Shown: piece by piece, positions 1 through 10,040 of the stretch
How positions within the stretch are numbered: position 1 is the stretch's first letter
How the letters are laid out: each line of letters begins with the position of its first letter
Virus record (IMG/VR): IMGVR_UViG_3300036885_000228
Location: 30,368-94,367 of that record
Strand: one strand, 5' to 3'
From: a virus
Lineage: Duplodnaviria; Heunggongvirae; Uroviricota; Caudoviricetes
DNA: 64,000 nucleotides
Translations under genes and position numbers: made by a program
The notes under the pieces: model-generated
The model's input: the letters and a program-made list of their open reading frames with translations, nothing else
Database searches by the model: none
What the model was told of the DNA's origin: nothing

Positions 1-1
1 A

Positions 2-3000
2 AATGATGGTTATATTCCACCGCCAAATGATGCATCTATTACTAATGATGCTGATATTAAATCTTTAAATTCAGAAAAAACCTTTACTGAAGATGGTAAT
101 ATTGTAGAACTCGTTGGTGATAAACCATTTTCTAATGATGGATTAGTTCTTCCTGCTAATAGTTCAAGTATAACAATTACTGAAGGAATTCAATATACGA
201 TATATCAGAGACATACTGGTAATGTTAGAGATATTACAATTGCTGGAACTTATACTGGCTCACCAACCACTATTGAAGCTAGAGTTTTAAAAGATGATTT
301 AAGTTCAGTTATAGTCGATTGGACTACAATAGTTGCATCACCAACTGGTGGTGTATATTCTGGTGTTTTAACAGCAGTTCCTCAAGGTGGATGGTATAGA
401 ACTCAAGTTCGTTTTTCAAATGATGTATCAAAGATGTCCATCACTCTTAATATTTGGGGAATTGGTGCTATTATTGGTATTACTGGTCAGTCCAATGCTC
501 AAGTTTTGGGCAATGACATAAACGGTGTACAAACCCAAAACTTAACAAGAAAATATACAAACAGAAATTATCCGTCTCCTGGTTATTATGATAATACTGC
601 TACGGGAACAGTAGCACTTGCTAATCAGTTGATGGATTCGTTGAACATTCCAGTTTTGATACTTTCACAAGGAATAAATAGTACTCCTATTACAGATTGG
701 AATTCTGCTGGAGGGTATGCATATTCACAATTTAAAACTGCAGTTACTACTGTTGGTGGTGAACTTGAAGCAATTTGTTATCTACAAGGAGAATATGAAG
801 CAGACCCTGCTCATCCAATGGATACTGCTACATACACTACTAATCTTAATACTTTAATCTCTTTATTTAGAAGTGATATTACGTGGGCAAGAAGTGATAA
901 GCCTATTGTTATTACTCAGTTAGACAGACATGATATTGGAACTGATTCAAATTGGGAAGCAATCAAAACGGCACAGAAAAACATAGTTAATGAAGGAAAT
1001 TATATTTATGGATTTATGTGCGGTGATGTTGAGGTCGTTGATGGAATTCATTATCAATGGGCAACTTGGCCAATTGGTGCGGCTAGAGTTGGTGAAAGAC
1101 TGGGTTTAGCTTTATTGTATCATTTTGGTTTAGTAGGTTATTATAAAGGACCGACAATTTTACATTATAGTCAGCATTCATCGACTGAGATTGATATTGT
1201 AATACAGAATAATGGTGGAACAGATTTTGTTCCAATTTCTGGAATTACAGGATTTGAGGTATTTGATAATAGTAGCCCAAAAACAATTTCTTCTACTGTT
1301 AGAATAAATTCAACCACTATTAGATTGACTGTTAGTAGTCCAATAGTAAATATTACAAATGTCAGGTATATGTATGGCACATATCCACCTGACCAATTAT
1401 ATTGGTTGACTGGTCCAGTTAGAGATAATACTTCTCATAATTTACCGTTACAAGATACGAGTAATATTTTAGGTTATATAGAAGAAACTTTTACAAATGA
1501 TGGAATATTAAAGACTTTAGATAATTCAAAAACGTTTACTGAAGATGCAATAATTAGAGATGTTTCTGGTGATAAAAGTATAACTGAAGATGCTATTGTA
1601 CAGTCTTTGAATAATGAGATTTTCACCACTGACGCAATGGTTACAGTTAACACTTTAGTTATTGATGTTTTAGCAGTTGGTGGTGGAGCTGGTGGTGGTG
1701 GTGGTACTAGCGGAAATGGAGGTTCTGGTGGTGGAGGAGCTGGAGGATATCAATATATTACTGGTCATAATGTTTCTGTAGGTAGTTATGCGGTAACTGT
1801 TGGTAATGGTGGAACTGGAGGAAATCCTTATTCTTCTGGAGATTCTGGTGGAGATTCAGTTTTTGACACAATCACTGCTAATGGTGGTGGTTCTGGTGGT
1901 AATGCTAATGGTGGAGGTACTGGAGGTAATGGAGGCTGTGGTGGTGGTGGTGGTGCATATTGTGCAGGAGGAACAGGTTCTCAAGGAGGTAATGGTGGTA
2001 GTAGTTCTTTGCCTCCTCTTGGAGGTGGAGGTGGTGGAGGTGCTAACGGAAATGGTAGTAATAATAGAGGAGCTGGAGGAGATGGATTGGCTAATTCGAT
2101 ATCAGGTGTATCAGTGACTTATGCTGGTGGTGGTGGAGGAGGTTATGGAATTGGAGCTGGAGGAACTGGTCTTGGTGGGGCTGGTGGAGGTGGCAATGGT
2201 GGAGCTGACCAGCAAAATGGAAGTAATGGAACTGACGGACTTGGAGGTGGAGGTGGTGGAGGTGCTCATAGTAGTCCAGGTTCGACTAGTGGTGGAAATG
2301 GTGGTTCGGGTGTCGTCATAATTAGATATTTGACTTCTGATTTTGGGGTTTGTACTGGAGGAATTAAAACAGTAGATGGAAGTTATACTGTTCATACTTT
2401 TACAAGTAATGGAACGATGATTTTTACTGCACCTCCATTAGTTTCTTTTACAAATGATGGTATATTAAAAGAAATTTATGATAAAGATTTTACTACTGAT
2501 GGTTATGTAAAATTTGTTATAGATAAGACCTTCACTGTAGATGCAGTAGTAAAAAGTTTAAATGACAATACTTTTACTAATGATGGAGTATTAAAAAGTT
2601 TGAATAATACTCATAGTTTTTTTGAAGATGGAATATTAAAAATATTAAATATAGACAAAACATTTACTGAAGATGGAGTATTACAAGTTTTTGATAATGA
2701 TATAAATTTTACTGTAGACGGTTTGGTTTATTTCTTTAATTATCATTTTTTAGGTCAAGATGGAATTATTTTTTCTGAAGTAGATAAAATGTTCACTGAA
2801 GATGGATATGTTGTAATACGAGTGACTCACGAAGAAACTTTTACAAATGATGGAATTGTCAAAATTAAAAATAATGATTTAAGTCTTACTGAGGATGCTG
2901 AAATTAAAGAAATAAATGAGTTATCTTTTTCAGAGGATGGTGATATTAAAAGTTTTGATATAAATAAAACATTTACCAATGATGGAATTAGTAAAGTTTT

Positions 3001-3979
3001 AAATAATACTAAAGACTTTACTGAAGATGGAATTTTAAAAGTAAAAGACAATGAAATTATTTTCACTGAGGATGCTTCGGTTAAATCATTTAATAATGTT
3101 TCTTTTACTAATGATGCAGATGTTGAAGCACATACTGATAAAATTTTTACAACTGATGGAATTGTATTGAAAAATACAATTGAGTTTACTAATGATGCGA
3201 TTATTATTTCTCAAGGAACAAGTGTCATTTTTAATGGTTTAAATATCAATGGAGTTACGTATATTACTGAAAATACATCACATGATAGTGATCCAGTCAG
3301 AGTTTTAGCTTCTTATAAGATTGCTAGAAGAGATGGAGAAAAGCTAGTCAGTGCTTATTGGGGTAAAAAAGAAATAACAATTAATGGATATATTCAAGAT
3401 GATAATCAGCAAGAGTTTGAATTAGATGTTGATATTTTTAAAAAGATTACTTCACAAAAATCTGGTAGTCTTGAGATTATGTACAATAATCAGTTTAGAA
3501 GATACATTGCTACAGTTGAAGAACTTAAAATTAGTCGTGATTCATATAACATTGATTGGTCACCCTTTAGTATTAAATTTTTAGTTCCAGATGGAAAAGG
3601 ATATGATACTAGCTCTACTATTGAGACGTATTCAGTCGTGATAACTTCTGGAAGTGTCTTTGCTGGAACATTTTACAATGATGGAACAGCAGATGCATTT
3701 CCAACTATCAGAATTCAAATAAATAGTCTTTCTTCAGTTAATTCATTTTATTTGTCTGATGGAATACGAATATTAACTATAACAAATACATTTCATAATG
3801 GAGATATTATTACAATTGATTTCCTGAATTTTATAATCAAATTGAATATTGCTCAGATTAATTCTTCTGGAGCTTTCCCATTATTTCCAGTCGGTGGAAC
3901 AAATTTTAGATTATACACAGATGGCACTAGTTCTGCTAATTTAACAGTTTCGTTTATTTACGATAAAGCCTACTTATAA
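2..3979 (+). CDS. Fibre-like structural protein, 5' partial, with SGNH/sialate-O-acetylesterase-like motif, 16-aa FTEDG repeat arrays and a poly-Gly tract
   Basis: The frame of ORF 434..3979 stays open back to nt 2, and the upstream peptide (..KTFTEDGNIVELVGDKPFSNDG..) continues the same repeat, so the gene starts left of the window. A GQSN motif (IGITGQSNAQ, ~nt 480-530) is typical of SGNH/SASA esterases. FTEDG/FTNDG 16-aa repeats at 1480-1640 and 2440-3200. GGxGG low-complexity tract at 1680-2340. Confidence 0.75.
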   Translation, partial: NDGYIPPPNDASITNDADIKSLNSEKTFTEDGNIVELVGDKPFSNDGLVLPANSSSITITEGIQYTIYQRHTGNVRDITIAGTYTGSPTTIEARVLKDDLSSVIVDWTTIVASPTGGVYSGVLTAVPQGGWYRTQVRFSNDVSKMSITLNIWGIGAIIGITGQSNAQVLGNDINGVQTQNLTRKYTNRNYPSPGYYDNTATGTVALANQLMDSLNIPVLILSQGINSTPITDWNSAGGYAYSQFKTAVTTVGGELEAICYLQGEYEADPAHPMDTATYTTNLNTLISLFRSDITWARSDKPIVITQLDRHDIGTDSNWEAIKTAQKNIVNEGNYIYGFMCGDVEVVDGIHYQWATWPIGAARVGERLGLALLYHFGLVGYYKGPTILHYSQHSSTEIDIVIQNNGGTDFVPISGITGFEVFDNSSPKTISSTVRINSTTIRLTVSSPIVNITNVRYMYGTYPPDQLYWLTGPVRDNTSHNLPLQDTSNILGYIEETFTNDGILKTLDNSKTFTEDAIIRDVSGDKSITEDAIVQSLNNEIFTTDAMVTVNTLVIDVLAVGGGAGGGGGTSGNGGSGGGGAGGYQYITGHNVSVGSYAVTVGNGGTGGNPYSSGDSGGDSVFDTITANGGGSGGNANGGGTGGNGGCGGGGGAYCAGGTGSQGGNGGSSSLPPLGGGGGGGANGNGSNNRGAGGDGLANSISGVSVTYAGGGGGGYGIGAGGTGLGGAGGGGNGGADQQNGSNGTDGLGGGGGGGAHSSPGSTSGGNGGSGVVIIRYLTSDFGVCTGGIKTVDGSYTVHTFTSNGTMIFTAPPLVSFTNDGILKEIYDKDFTTDGYVKFVIDKTFTVDAVVKSLNDNTFTNDGVLKSLNNTHSFFEDGILKILNIDKTFTEDGVLQVFDNDINFTVDGLVYFFNYHFLGQDGIIFSEVDKMFTEDGYVVIRVTHEETFTNDGIVKIKNNDLSLTEDAEIKEINELSFSEDGDIKSFDINKTFTNDGISKVLNNTKDFTEDGILKVKDNEIIFTEDASVKSFNNVSFTNDADVEAHTDKIFTTDGIVLKNTIEFTNDAIIISQGTSVIFNGLNINGVTYITENTSHDSDPVRVLASYKIARRDGEKLVSAYWGKKEITINGYIQDDNQQEFELDVDIFKKITSQKSGSLEIMYNNQFRRYIATVEELKISRDSYNIDWSPFSIKFLVPDGKGYDTSSTIETYSVVITSGSVFAGTFYNDGTADAFPTIRIQINSLSSVNSFYLSDGIRILTITNTFHNGDIITIDFLNFIIKLNIAQINSSGAFPLFPVGGTNFRLYTDGTSSANLTVSFIYDKAYL

Positions 3980-3982
3980 AAT

Positions 3983-5608
3983 ATGTTAATAGCTTTTGAT
4001 GCATATACTGCTGGTGGTGATAATGGCGGTTCAAGTAATAGTTTGACTTACTCCCATACTTGTACAGGAAGTAATGGAATACTTTTTGTGGGTGTTCGTG
4101 GTGATGTGTTAAATGATTACGTTACTAGTGCGACTTATAATGGTGTAGCAATGAGTCTTGCTGGAAAACAGATATGTAATGGTGATAGATATGTATATTT
4201 GTTTTATTTGAAAGGTCCAGCAACTGGAACTCATAATGTTGTTGTAACTGCTAGTCAAACAATTTTAATTTCAGCAGATTCTACATCGTATACTGGTGCA
4301 TCACAAGGTGTGGGGTTAGATGCAACATCAGTCCAACAAGATGGAGGTTCTTCACCGTCTAATTTTTCAATAACAACTGTAGCTGATAATTGTTGGGTTA
4401 TTGAATGTATGCATTCTCAGTCAAATGTAACAGCTGGAGTGGGAACGACATTAAGGTCTGATGGAACAATACAACGTCCTCATCTGTGTGATACGAATGG
4501 ACCAAAAACACCAGCTGGTTCTGTTACATTGTCTTTGAATATTACTCCAGATTATAAAAATACAACAGCAATTTTAGCTTCATTTGAACCCTTTGGAATG
4601 GTTACTGAAGATGAAACATTTACAGAAGATGCTAGTATTTTACAGATTACGAATAAGACAATTGATAATGATGGAAATATTAAGATTTTAAATTCTGATA
4701 ATATTTTTACTGAAGATTGTCTTGTTCTTAATACACTTAATCGACTTTTTACTGAAGAAGGAATAGTACAAAATACGAGTAATACTGGTTTAACTGAAGA
4801 TGGTCTTACTCGTGATACATTTGGTAAGATTTTTTCTGACGATGGTATAGTCCGTGATACATTTATAGAAAGTATTATTGAAGATGGAATTATACATGTT
4901 ACTTTCACTAAGGATATTACTGAAAATGGTTTAATTAGAGATACTTTCAATAAAACTTTTTCTGACGATAGTATAATCCGTGATACATTTGATGTAAATA
5001 TTACTAATAATGGAATTGTTAAATATTCTAATAATAGAACATTTACTAGTGATGCAATAATAGTTAAAGCTAACCAAATTTTAAATTTTACTAATAATGG
5101 AAATGTTCTTATTGCTAATATTGATAAGAATTTTACTGACGATGCGATTATTCATAATGCTTATACGTTTAAATCATTGTCTAATGATGGATATGTTTCA
5201 GTCGTATCTCCAGGAATTTCTGGGCCGATGTGGGCTTTATTTACTCATAAATGCAATGTGAAAAGAAGAGCAACATATCCAATAAAAGATGCATTAAATG
5301 CTCCGAGTTATGGTACAGTCAATACGTGGATGAATGTATATGTAAATTTACCTTGTCGATTAGAAATAAGTAGTTCAGACATTCAATTCAAACCTACTGG
5401 TGAAAGAGTTGCACCAACAAATATTCTTTATGTTGATGTCTCGACACCTCTTAAAATTGAAGATCGAGTTTTTATGGTTTTTGATTCAAAAAATGATGTT
5501 GCTGGACTTGGATATCAACAAGAATTTATAGTTCAAGGTACTGTGCCAGCTTTGACGATGTTAGGACAGACTGGACATCATTCAGAATATATTTTAGTAA
5601 TGCCATGA
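3983..5608 (+). CDS. Fibre-like protein 2 (FTEDG 16-aa repeat array, 4600-5200)
   Basis: 541-aa ORF starting 4 nt after the previous stop. Central block of ..TFTEDG/FSDDG.. repeats related to those in 2..3979 and 12849..16598. Confidence 0.7.
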   Translation: MLIAFDAYTAGGDNGGSSNSLTYSHTCTGSNGILFVGVRGDVLNDYVTSATYNGVAMSLAGKQICNGDRYVYLFYLKGPATGTHNVVVTASQTILISADSTSYTGASQGVGLDATSVQQDGGSSPSNFSITTVADNCWVIECMHSQSNVTAGVGTTLRSDGTIQRPHLCDTNGPKTPAGSVTLSLNITPDYKNTTAILASFEPFGMVTEDETFTEDASILQITNKTIDNDGNIKILNSDNIFTEDCLVLNTLNRLFTEEGIVQNTSNTGLTEDGLTRDTFGKIFSDDGIVRDTFIESIIEDGIIHVTFTKDITENGLIRDTFNKTFSDDSIIRDTFDVNITNNGIVKYSNNRTFTSDAIIVKANQILNFTNNGNVLIANIDKNFTDDAIIHNAYTFKSLSNDGYVSVVSPGISGPMWALFTHKCNVKRRATYPIKDALNAPSYGTVNTWMNVYVNLPCRLEISSSDIQFKPTGERVAPTNILYVDVSTPLKIEDRVFMVFDSKNDVAGLGYQQEFIVQGTVPALTMLGQTGHHSEYILVMP

Positions 5609-5611
5609 TAT

Positions 5612-6013
5612 ATGCAGATAGGAATAAATTTTACTGGATTAACCCAATTTCAGAATAAAATTAAAACAAGACCACAATTTGCAGAAAGTGCTGCACTATT
5701 AGCAATGAAAGCTGTTATTAAGAAAATTGAGACAGATATCAAAAAAGATATAAATATACGAGGAACAATTCCAAGTTTGCCAGGAGAACCACCACATAAA
5801 GTTACTGGAAATTTATATAGTAATGTTTATAGTCGAGCAGAAAAGACTGGAAATATGACAATTACAGGAATTATAGGAGACACTGCTGAATATGCTGCAT
5901 ATCTTGAATATGGGACTTCACGAATGGCTCCTCGCCCATATTTTAGAATAAATATTGATAGAAATACTCAAATGTTTGAAAATCTAATGAAAGGGATATT
6001 AGGTAAAATATAA
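5612..6013 (+). CDS. HK97 gp10-family head-tail joining/tail component
   Basis: 133 aa. C-terminal ..TGNLYSNVY.. and AEYAAYLEYGTSRMAPRPYF match the HK97 gp10 family signature (GxLRxS ... YAxxVEfGT). Confidence 0.65.
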   Translation: MQIGINFTGLTQFQNKIKTRPQFAESAALLAMKAVIKKIETDIKKDINIRGTIPSLPGEPPHKVTGNLYSNVYSRAEKTGNMTITGIIGDTAEYAAYLEYGTSRMAPRPYFRINIDRNTQMFENLMKGILGKI

Positions 6014-6019
6014 TCTTAT

Positions 6020-6415
6020 ATGCTTGCAGTCTACGAAAATGTAATTAATACAATCAAAAATGATTCAATAATACAATCATTTGTTAGTGATAGAGTTTAT
6101 CCAGAAGGAGTTGACATTAATCCAGAAGTTTTACCGATGGTGACTGTTCATCATATCAGTGAGATAGTTCATACAGTCCCAAGAAATGACCGAATGATAC
6201 AAATGCAAGTTAGTATTTGGTCAAAACTAAGTGAATTGGAAGTTGAGCAAATTGCTGAGAGAGTTGAAGACTTGTTAAATTTTCAGACATTTGATACCGG
6301 TTATGGTTCGGCAATACAAAGATGGCAAAGAATGGATACTGGTGCAGATTTGTTTGAATCAGATAGAAGAATTTGGCACAAAGCTTTAACATTTAGAATT
6401 TGGGCAAGACCCTAA
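6020..6415 (+). CDS. Hypothetical neck/tail completion protein
   Basis: 131-aa ORF packed between the gp10-like and putative major tail genes. No recognisable motif. Confidence 0.45.
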   Translation: MLAVYENVINTIKNDSIIQSFVSDRVYPEGVDINPEVLPMVTVHHISEIVHTVPRNDRMIQMQVSIWSKLSELEVEQIAERVEDLLNFQTFDTGYGSAIQRWQRMDTGADLFESDRRIWHKALTFRIWARP

Positions 6416-6538
6416 ATTATTTATTTTTCAAATATGAGAGTATCGACTCATAAATGAAAATTAATATAGGATGAAAATCCATTGCAGTAAAAAAGGTCGA
6501 ACTGCAAAAATTAATTAACAAAGATAGTACAAAACATT

Positions 6539-7015
6539 ATGCCGTTAATTCCAGGTGGTGCTCCATTAGCTACAAGAGTAACATTTAATTCAGGCTATGT
6601 AGATTTTGGCAGTAACCGAATAGTTCAACTTGATAATGTAAAGATTGAAACTACAGTTACTGATGCTCAATTAAGACAGTTAAATTCAATAAAAATGGCT
6701 GCTCTTAAAAGAAAATCTTTAACTATTAAGATGACTGGTAAAGTAAAATCGTTTAACAGAGAAATGTTTGAGACCTATTTTGGTGCAAGTTCTACCGATG
6801 GAAGTGGAACTTTGATATCATTTTTCGATGGTCAGCAAACTACTTTGAATCCGAATTTTACGTCTTATGTTGATGATGACAATGCTAAACCTTTTCAATG
6901 TCAATTGATTAATGCTGTAATTTTATCAATGCCTGTAACAGCAAGTATTGAAAATTACGGAGAAGTTGACTTTGATATGGTTGCTACCGACATCAAGATT
7001 TACGATGTAGAATAA
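6539..7015 (+). CDS. Putative major tail (tube) protein
   Basis: 158 aa. Lies immediately upstream of the chaperone/frameshift/tape-measure trio, as in siphovirus tail modules. Assigned by position only. Confidence 0.4.
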   Translation: MPLIPGGAPLATRVTFNSGYVDFGSNRIVQLDNVKIETTVTDAQLRQLNSIKMAALKRKSLTIKMTGKVKSFNREMFETYFGASSTDGSGTLISFFDGQQTTLNPNFTSYVDDDNAKPFQCQLINAVILSMPVTASIENYGEVDFDMVATDIKIYDVE

Positions 7016-7060
7016 TTAATTAATGTCTCAACGGAAGAACCGTGAGATAAAATTAAAAGT

Positions 7061-7393
7061 ATGTTACAAGAAATAATAAACACTCCATTTGAAATACAAT
7101 TGGGTGAAAACAAAGTAAAAGTCAAAAGAGCATCACTTAAAGATTTTGCGATGCTTCAAGAGTATTCAAGAGTCGCAAAAGACGATCCAGATGTGATTAT
7201 CAAACAAATGGCTTATGCAATTCGTCTTTGCATTTTGAAAGCAATTGATAATGAAGAAGATAAATCAAAAATTACAGATGATTATGTAATGGAGTTGATT
7301 CCATTGTCAGAGGTTAGAAATTCTCAAAATATTCTAACTCAATTAGGTTTTATGTTGCCCACGGAGACGAAGATCGGAGAAGTAAAGAAGTAG
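7061..7393 (+). CDS. Tail assembly chaperone (G-like)
   Basis: 110-aa ORF directly upstream of the tape measure. Its -1 frame stays open across its stop codon (see 7318..7587). Confidence 0.6.
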   Translation: MLQEIINTPFEIQLGENKVKVKRASLKDFAMLQEYSRVAKDDPDVIIKQMAYAIRLCILKAIDNEEDKSKITDDYVMELIPLSEVRNSQNILTQLGFMLPTETKIGEVKK

Positions 7394-7587
7394 AGGATAG
7401 TGCTTCGTGGGAAGAAATTTTTGCATTTTTTATCGAAAAGACTGGTTGGACTATTGATGATATTTCAGATTTGACATTTGAGCAATTAAAAGTGTATCTA
7501 GACATTTGGACAAGGACGAAAAAAGAGAAAGCATCGTCGAAAAGTGAAATTGAAATGTTTAAACAACAGATGAAAAGAATAAAATAA
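7318..7587 (+). CDS. -1 frame extension (T part) of the tail assembly chaperone; putative programmed frameshift product GT
   Basis: The frame -1 relative to 7061..7393 is open from 7318 to TAA 7585-7587. It has no ATG and encodes EDSASWEEIFAFFIEKTGWTIDDISDLTFEQLKVYLDIWTRTKKEKASSKSEIEMFKQQMKRIK. It ends 1 nt before the tape measure ATG (7589). Confidence 0.55.
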   Translation, partial: KFSKYSNSIRFYVAHGDEDRRSKEVEDSASWEEIFAFFIEKTGWTIDDISDLTFEQLKVYLDIWTRTKKEKASSKSEIEMFKQQMKRIK

Positions 7588-7588
7588 T

Positions 7589-9862
7589 ATGGCTGAAGTT
7601 AATAATATAGAAGCAAAATTTACTGCTGACATTAGTGATATCAAAGGGAAATTAGACATTCTAAATGGCTCACTTTTGAAGACTCAAACATCAGTTGGGA
7701 CTGTTGCTAAGGGAGTAGCTTTAGGAACTGCAGCGTGGTCACTGTTTAAGCAGGGAGTTGGTGAAACTACAGAGTTTCTCAAATCTTGTATTTCGGAATT
7801 TGAAAAAGATGAAGAAGTCAATGCTAAATTTTATGAAGCTGTTTCACATACTAAAGAAGGAATGGAGTCGTGGTCAAAAGTATTAAATACTTCAGTAAAT
7901 AATGCATTAAAGAATACTACTTTCTCGATGGAAGAGGTTACGACTGCATTGACAGGCATGGCTCATTATGGTATCGATAGTTCAAAGGCTGCCAAAATGT
8001 TAGCTGTCGCTGAAGATGCTTCTGCTGGTTCTGGAATGAGTCTGTCAACTATAATGACATCACTTCAAAGAGCTTCACAGGGAATGGTTGGTAAGGGTTT
8101 AGTACCATTAGGTGTGAATCTTGCTGAGGTCAAAAAATCATCTGACAAATTAGGTGATACGATGAAACAGTTAAGTGATAGATTTGGGGGTGATGCTGCT
8201 ATACAAGCACAGACATTAGCTGGTCAAATAAAAAGATTAAACAACAATATAGATGAAGCAAAATCAAGTATTGCTGCTCAATTTGTACCAGCATTGAATG
8301 CAATATTAGGTAAGATATTAGGTCTTAATGATGCATTAGGAGATAATAGTGATGCAATGGTGAAAGTTCAGGCTGCTACATATCGAGTTGTTGAAGCATT
8401 GAAAATGTTTTATGATTCTTTGAAATTTACTTTTGAACTTATTCAAGAAGGTCTTGTATTATTGATTGATGGGGTTGCAGAACTTCCTGCAATGTTTGTT
8501 GCCGCGGTTGTAGATTGTATAAAAAATTTGAGTAAGATTGGTGAAGCATTTAAAACACTAGGAACTAATATAATTGGTGAAATGAAGTCATGGATACCAG
8601 GTTCTAAAAAAGCAGTTTGGGACCCAATGCCACAGATTGCATTTACTGCAACTGCTGCAACAAAAAAAGTTTTTGACGATATGACCACTCATTTTACACA
8701 AAATCTAGGAAAAACCGCTAGTGATATAAAAAATGATTTCATGGGAATGACAACTGGGGCTGGATTTGCATTTAAAACAATCGGTGAAAATGCAAAAGCT
8801 GGTAGTGATGTTGCTGGTGATGTTGTTGATACTTTAACTAACAAATTAAAAAGTGCTAAAGATGCGGTAACTTCTTTTGCTTCTGGAATTGATGATGCGA
8901 TGTCAAAACATGCTGATGCAATGTCTAAAATTCAAGATGATATTGCAACAACTACTTCTGACTATCAAAAAAGTCAAGTTGATGCTGCTAGTAGTGAAAA
9001 AGATAGCATTGCAGCAATAATTAAAACTCATCAAGATAAAGCAAAAACATTGAAAGAACAATTAAGACAAGAAACTGAATTAGGTCAAGAACAAGACGAA
9101 GGAAAAATTGCTCAGACTAAGTCAGAATTACAAACTGAATTAGATTTTTTAAATAAACACTCATCCGATGTTGCTTCTGTTCAAGACGTTTTAAATGCAG
9201 ATGAAATTGATAAAGAAAAGAATAAGTATGCTAAACAACGAACTGATGCTGAAGATGCTTACAATAAGAAATTAACAGACTTAAAAAGTCAATTGGAGAA
9301 AGAAAATCAAGCATACGATGACAGTTTAGCAAAACAAGCAATTGATTTCAAGGGAAATTGGGATGAAATTTTAACATACATTAAAAGTAATGCAACTCCA
9401 GCAATTGTTGCTGCATTTCAAGTAATGGCTGACCAGGCAAATATTGCATTAGCAAAAATAGGATTGCCAGCTTTAAATTTATCTTCTGCTACTTCTTCTA
9501 CTTCTACACCAGGAAAGACATTTTATCGTGTTGGAAAAGATATTTTTAATGCAGATACTGGAGTAAGGATTGGTGCAACTGACTGGGCTAATAATTGGAG
9601 TGGTCAAGCTACAGAAGTCCCTGGTAAAAATCAATATGCTATGGGAGGAATAATTGGAGAAACAGGTCTTCAATTATTACACGCTGGTGAAATGGTTGTT
9701 CCTAGAAGTCAAGTTAGTGGTATTTCGAGTGCATCAAATATTAATGTAAATTTTTATGGTGGTATGACTTTAACTAAAGAAGCAGATGAAGATCGATTAG
9801 TTTCAAAAATAAGAACTACGTTATTACACGATTTCGAAATGGCGCAACGTGGCCTTTACTAG
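7589..9862 (+). CDS. Tail tape measure protein
   Basis: 757 aa, Ala/Lys/Gln-rich and largely helical-looking. Sits directly after the G/GT chaperone pair. Confidence 0.7.
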   Translation: MAEVNNIEAKFTADISDIKGKLDILNGSLLKTQTSVGTVAKGVALGTAAWSLFKQGVGETTEFLKSCISEFEKDEEVNAKFYEAVSHTKEGMESWSKVLNTSVNNALKNTTFSMEEVTTALTGMAHYGIDSSKAAKMLAVAEDASAGSGMSLSTIMTSLQRASQGMVGKGLVPLGVNLAEVKKSSDKLGDTMKQLSDRFGGDAAIQAQTLAGQIKRLNNNIDEAKSSIAAQFVPALNAILGKILGLNDALGDNSDAMVKVQAATYRVVEALKMFYDSLKFTFELIQEGLVLLIDGVAELPAMFVAAVVDCIKNLSKIGEAFKTLGTNIIGEMKSWIPGSKKAVWDPMPQIAFTATAATKKVFDDMTTHFTQNLGKTASDIKNDFMGMTTGAGFAFKTIGENAKAGSDVAGDVVDTLTNKLKSAKDAVTSFASGIDDAMSKHADAMSKIQDDIATTTSDYQKSQVDAASSEKDSIAAIIKTHQDKAKTLKEQLRQETELGQEQDEGKIAQTKSELQTELDFLNKHSSDVASVQDVLNADEIDKEKNKYAKQRTDAEDAYNKKLTDLKSQLEKENQAYDDSLAKQAIDFKGNWDEILTYIKSNATPAIVAAFQVMADQANIALAKIGLPALNLSSATSSTSTPGKTFYRVGKDIFNADTGVRIGATDWANNWSGQATEVPGKNQYAMGGIIGETGLQLLHAGEMVVPRSQVSGISSASNINVNFYGGMTLTKEADEDRLVSKIRTTLLHDFEMAQRGLY

Positions 9863-10040
9863 AAGTTTGTATTGAAAGACATATATTCTATCATATTAAT
9901 CATAAAGATTCATCTGACATCATTCAGATGACATCATTTATATACAGAATTGGGCTATTGTCCATTGCTTGTAGTCGAGAAGCATAAACTAATTAATGTC
10001 AATCATTTAAATCAAAATACATAATGATTTAAGTACAAAG

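Noticed and set aside
1800-2395. ORFs 1800..2117 (+), 2121..2321 (+) and 2111..2395 (-) of V/E/L- or S/T-rich low complexity
   Set aside because: They are alternative-frame artefacts of the ggtggtgg simple-sequence tract that encodes the poly-Gly segment of the first fibre protein.
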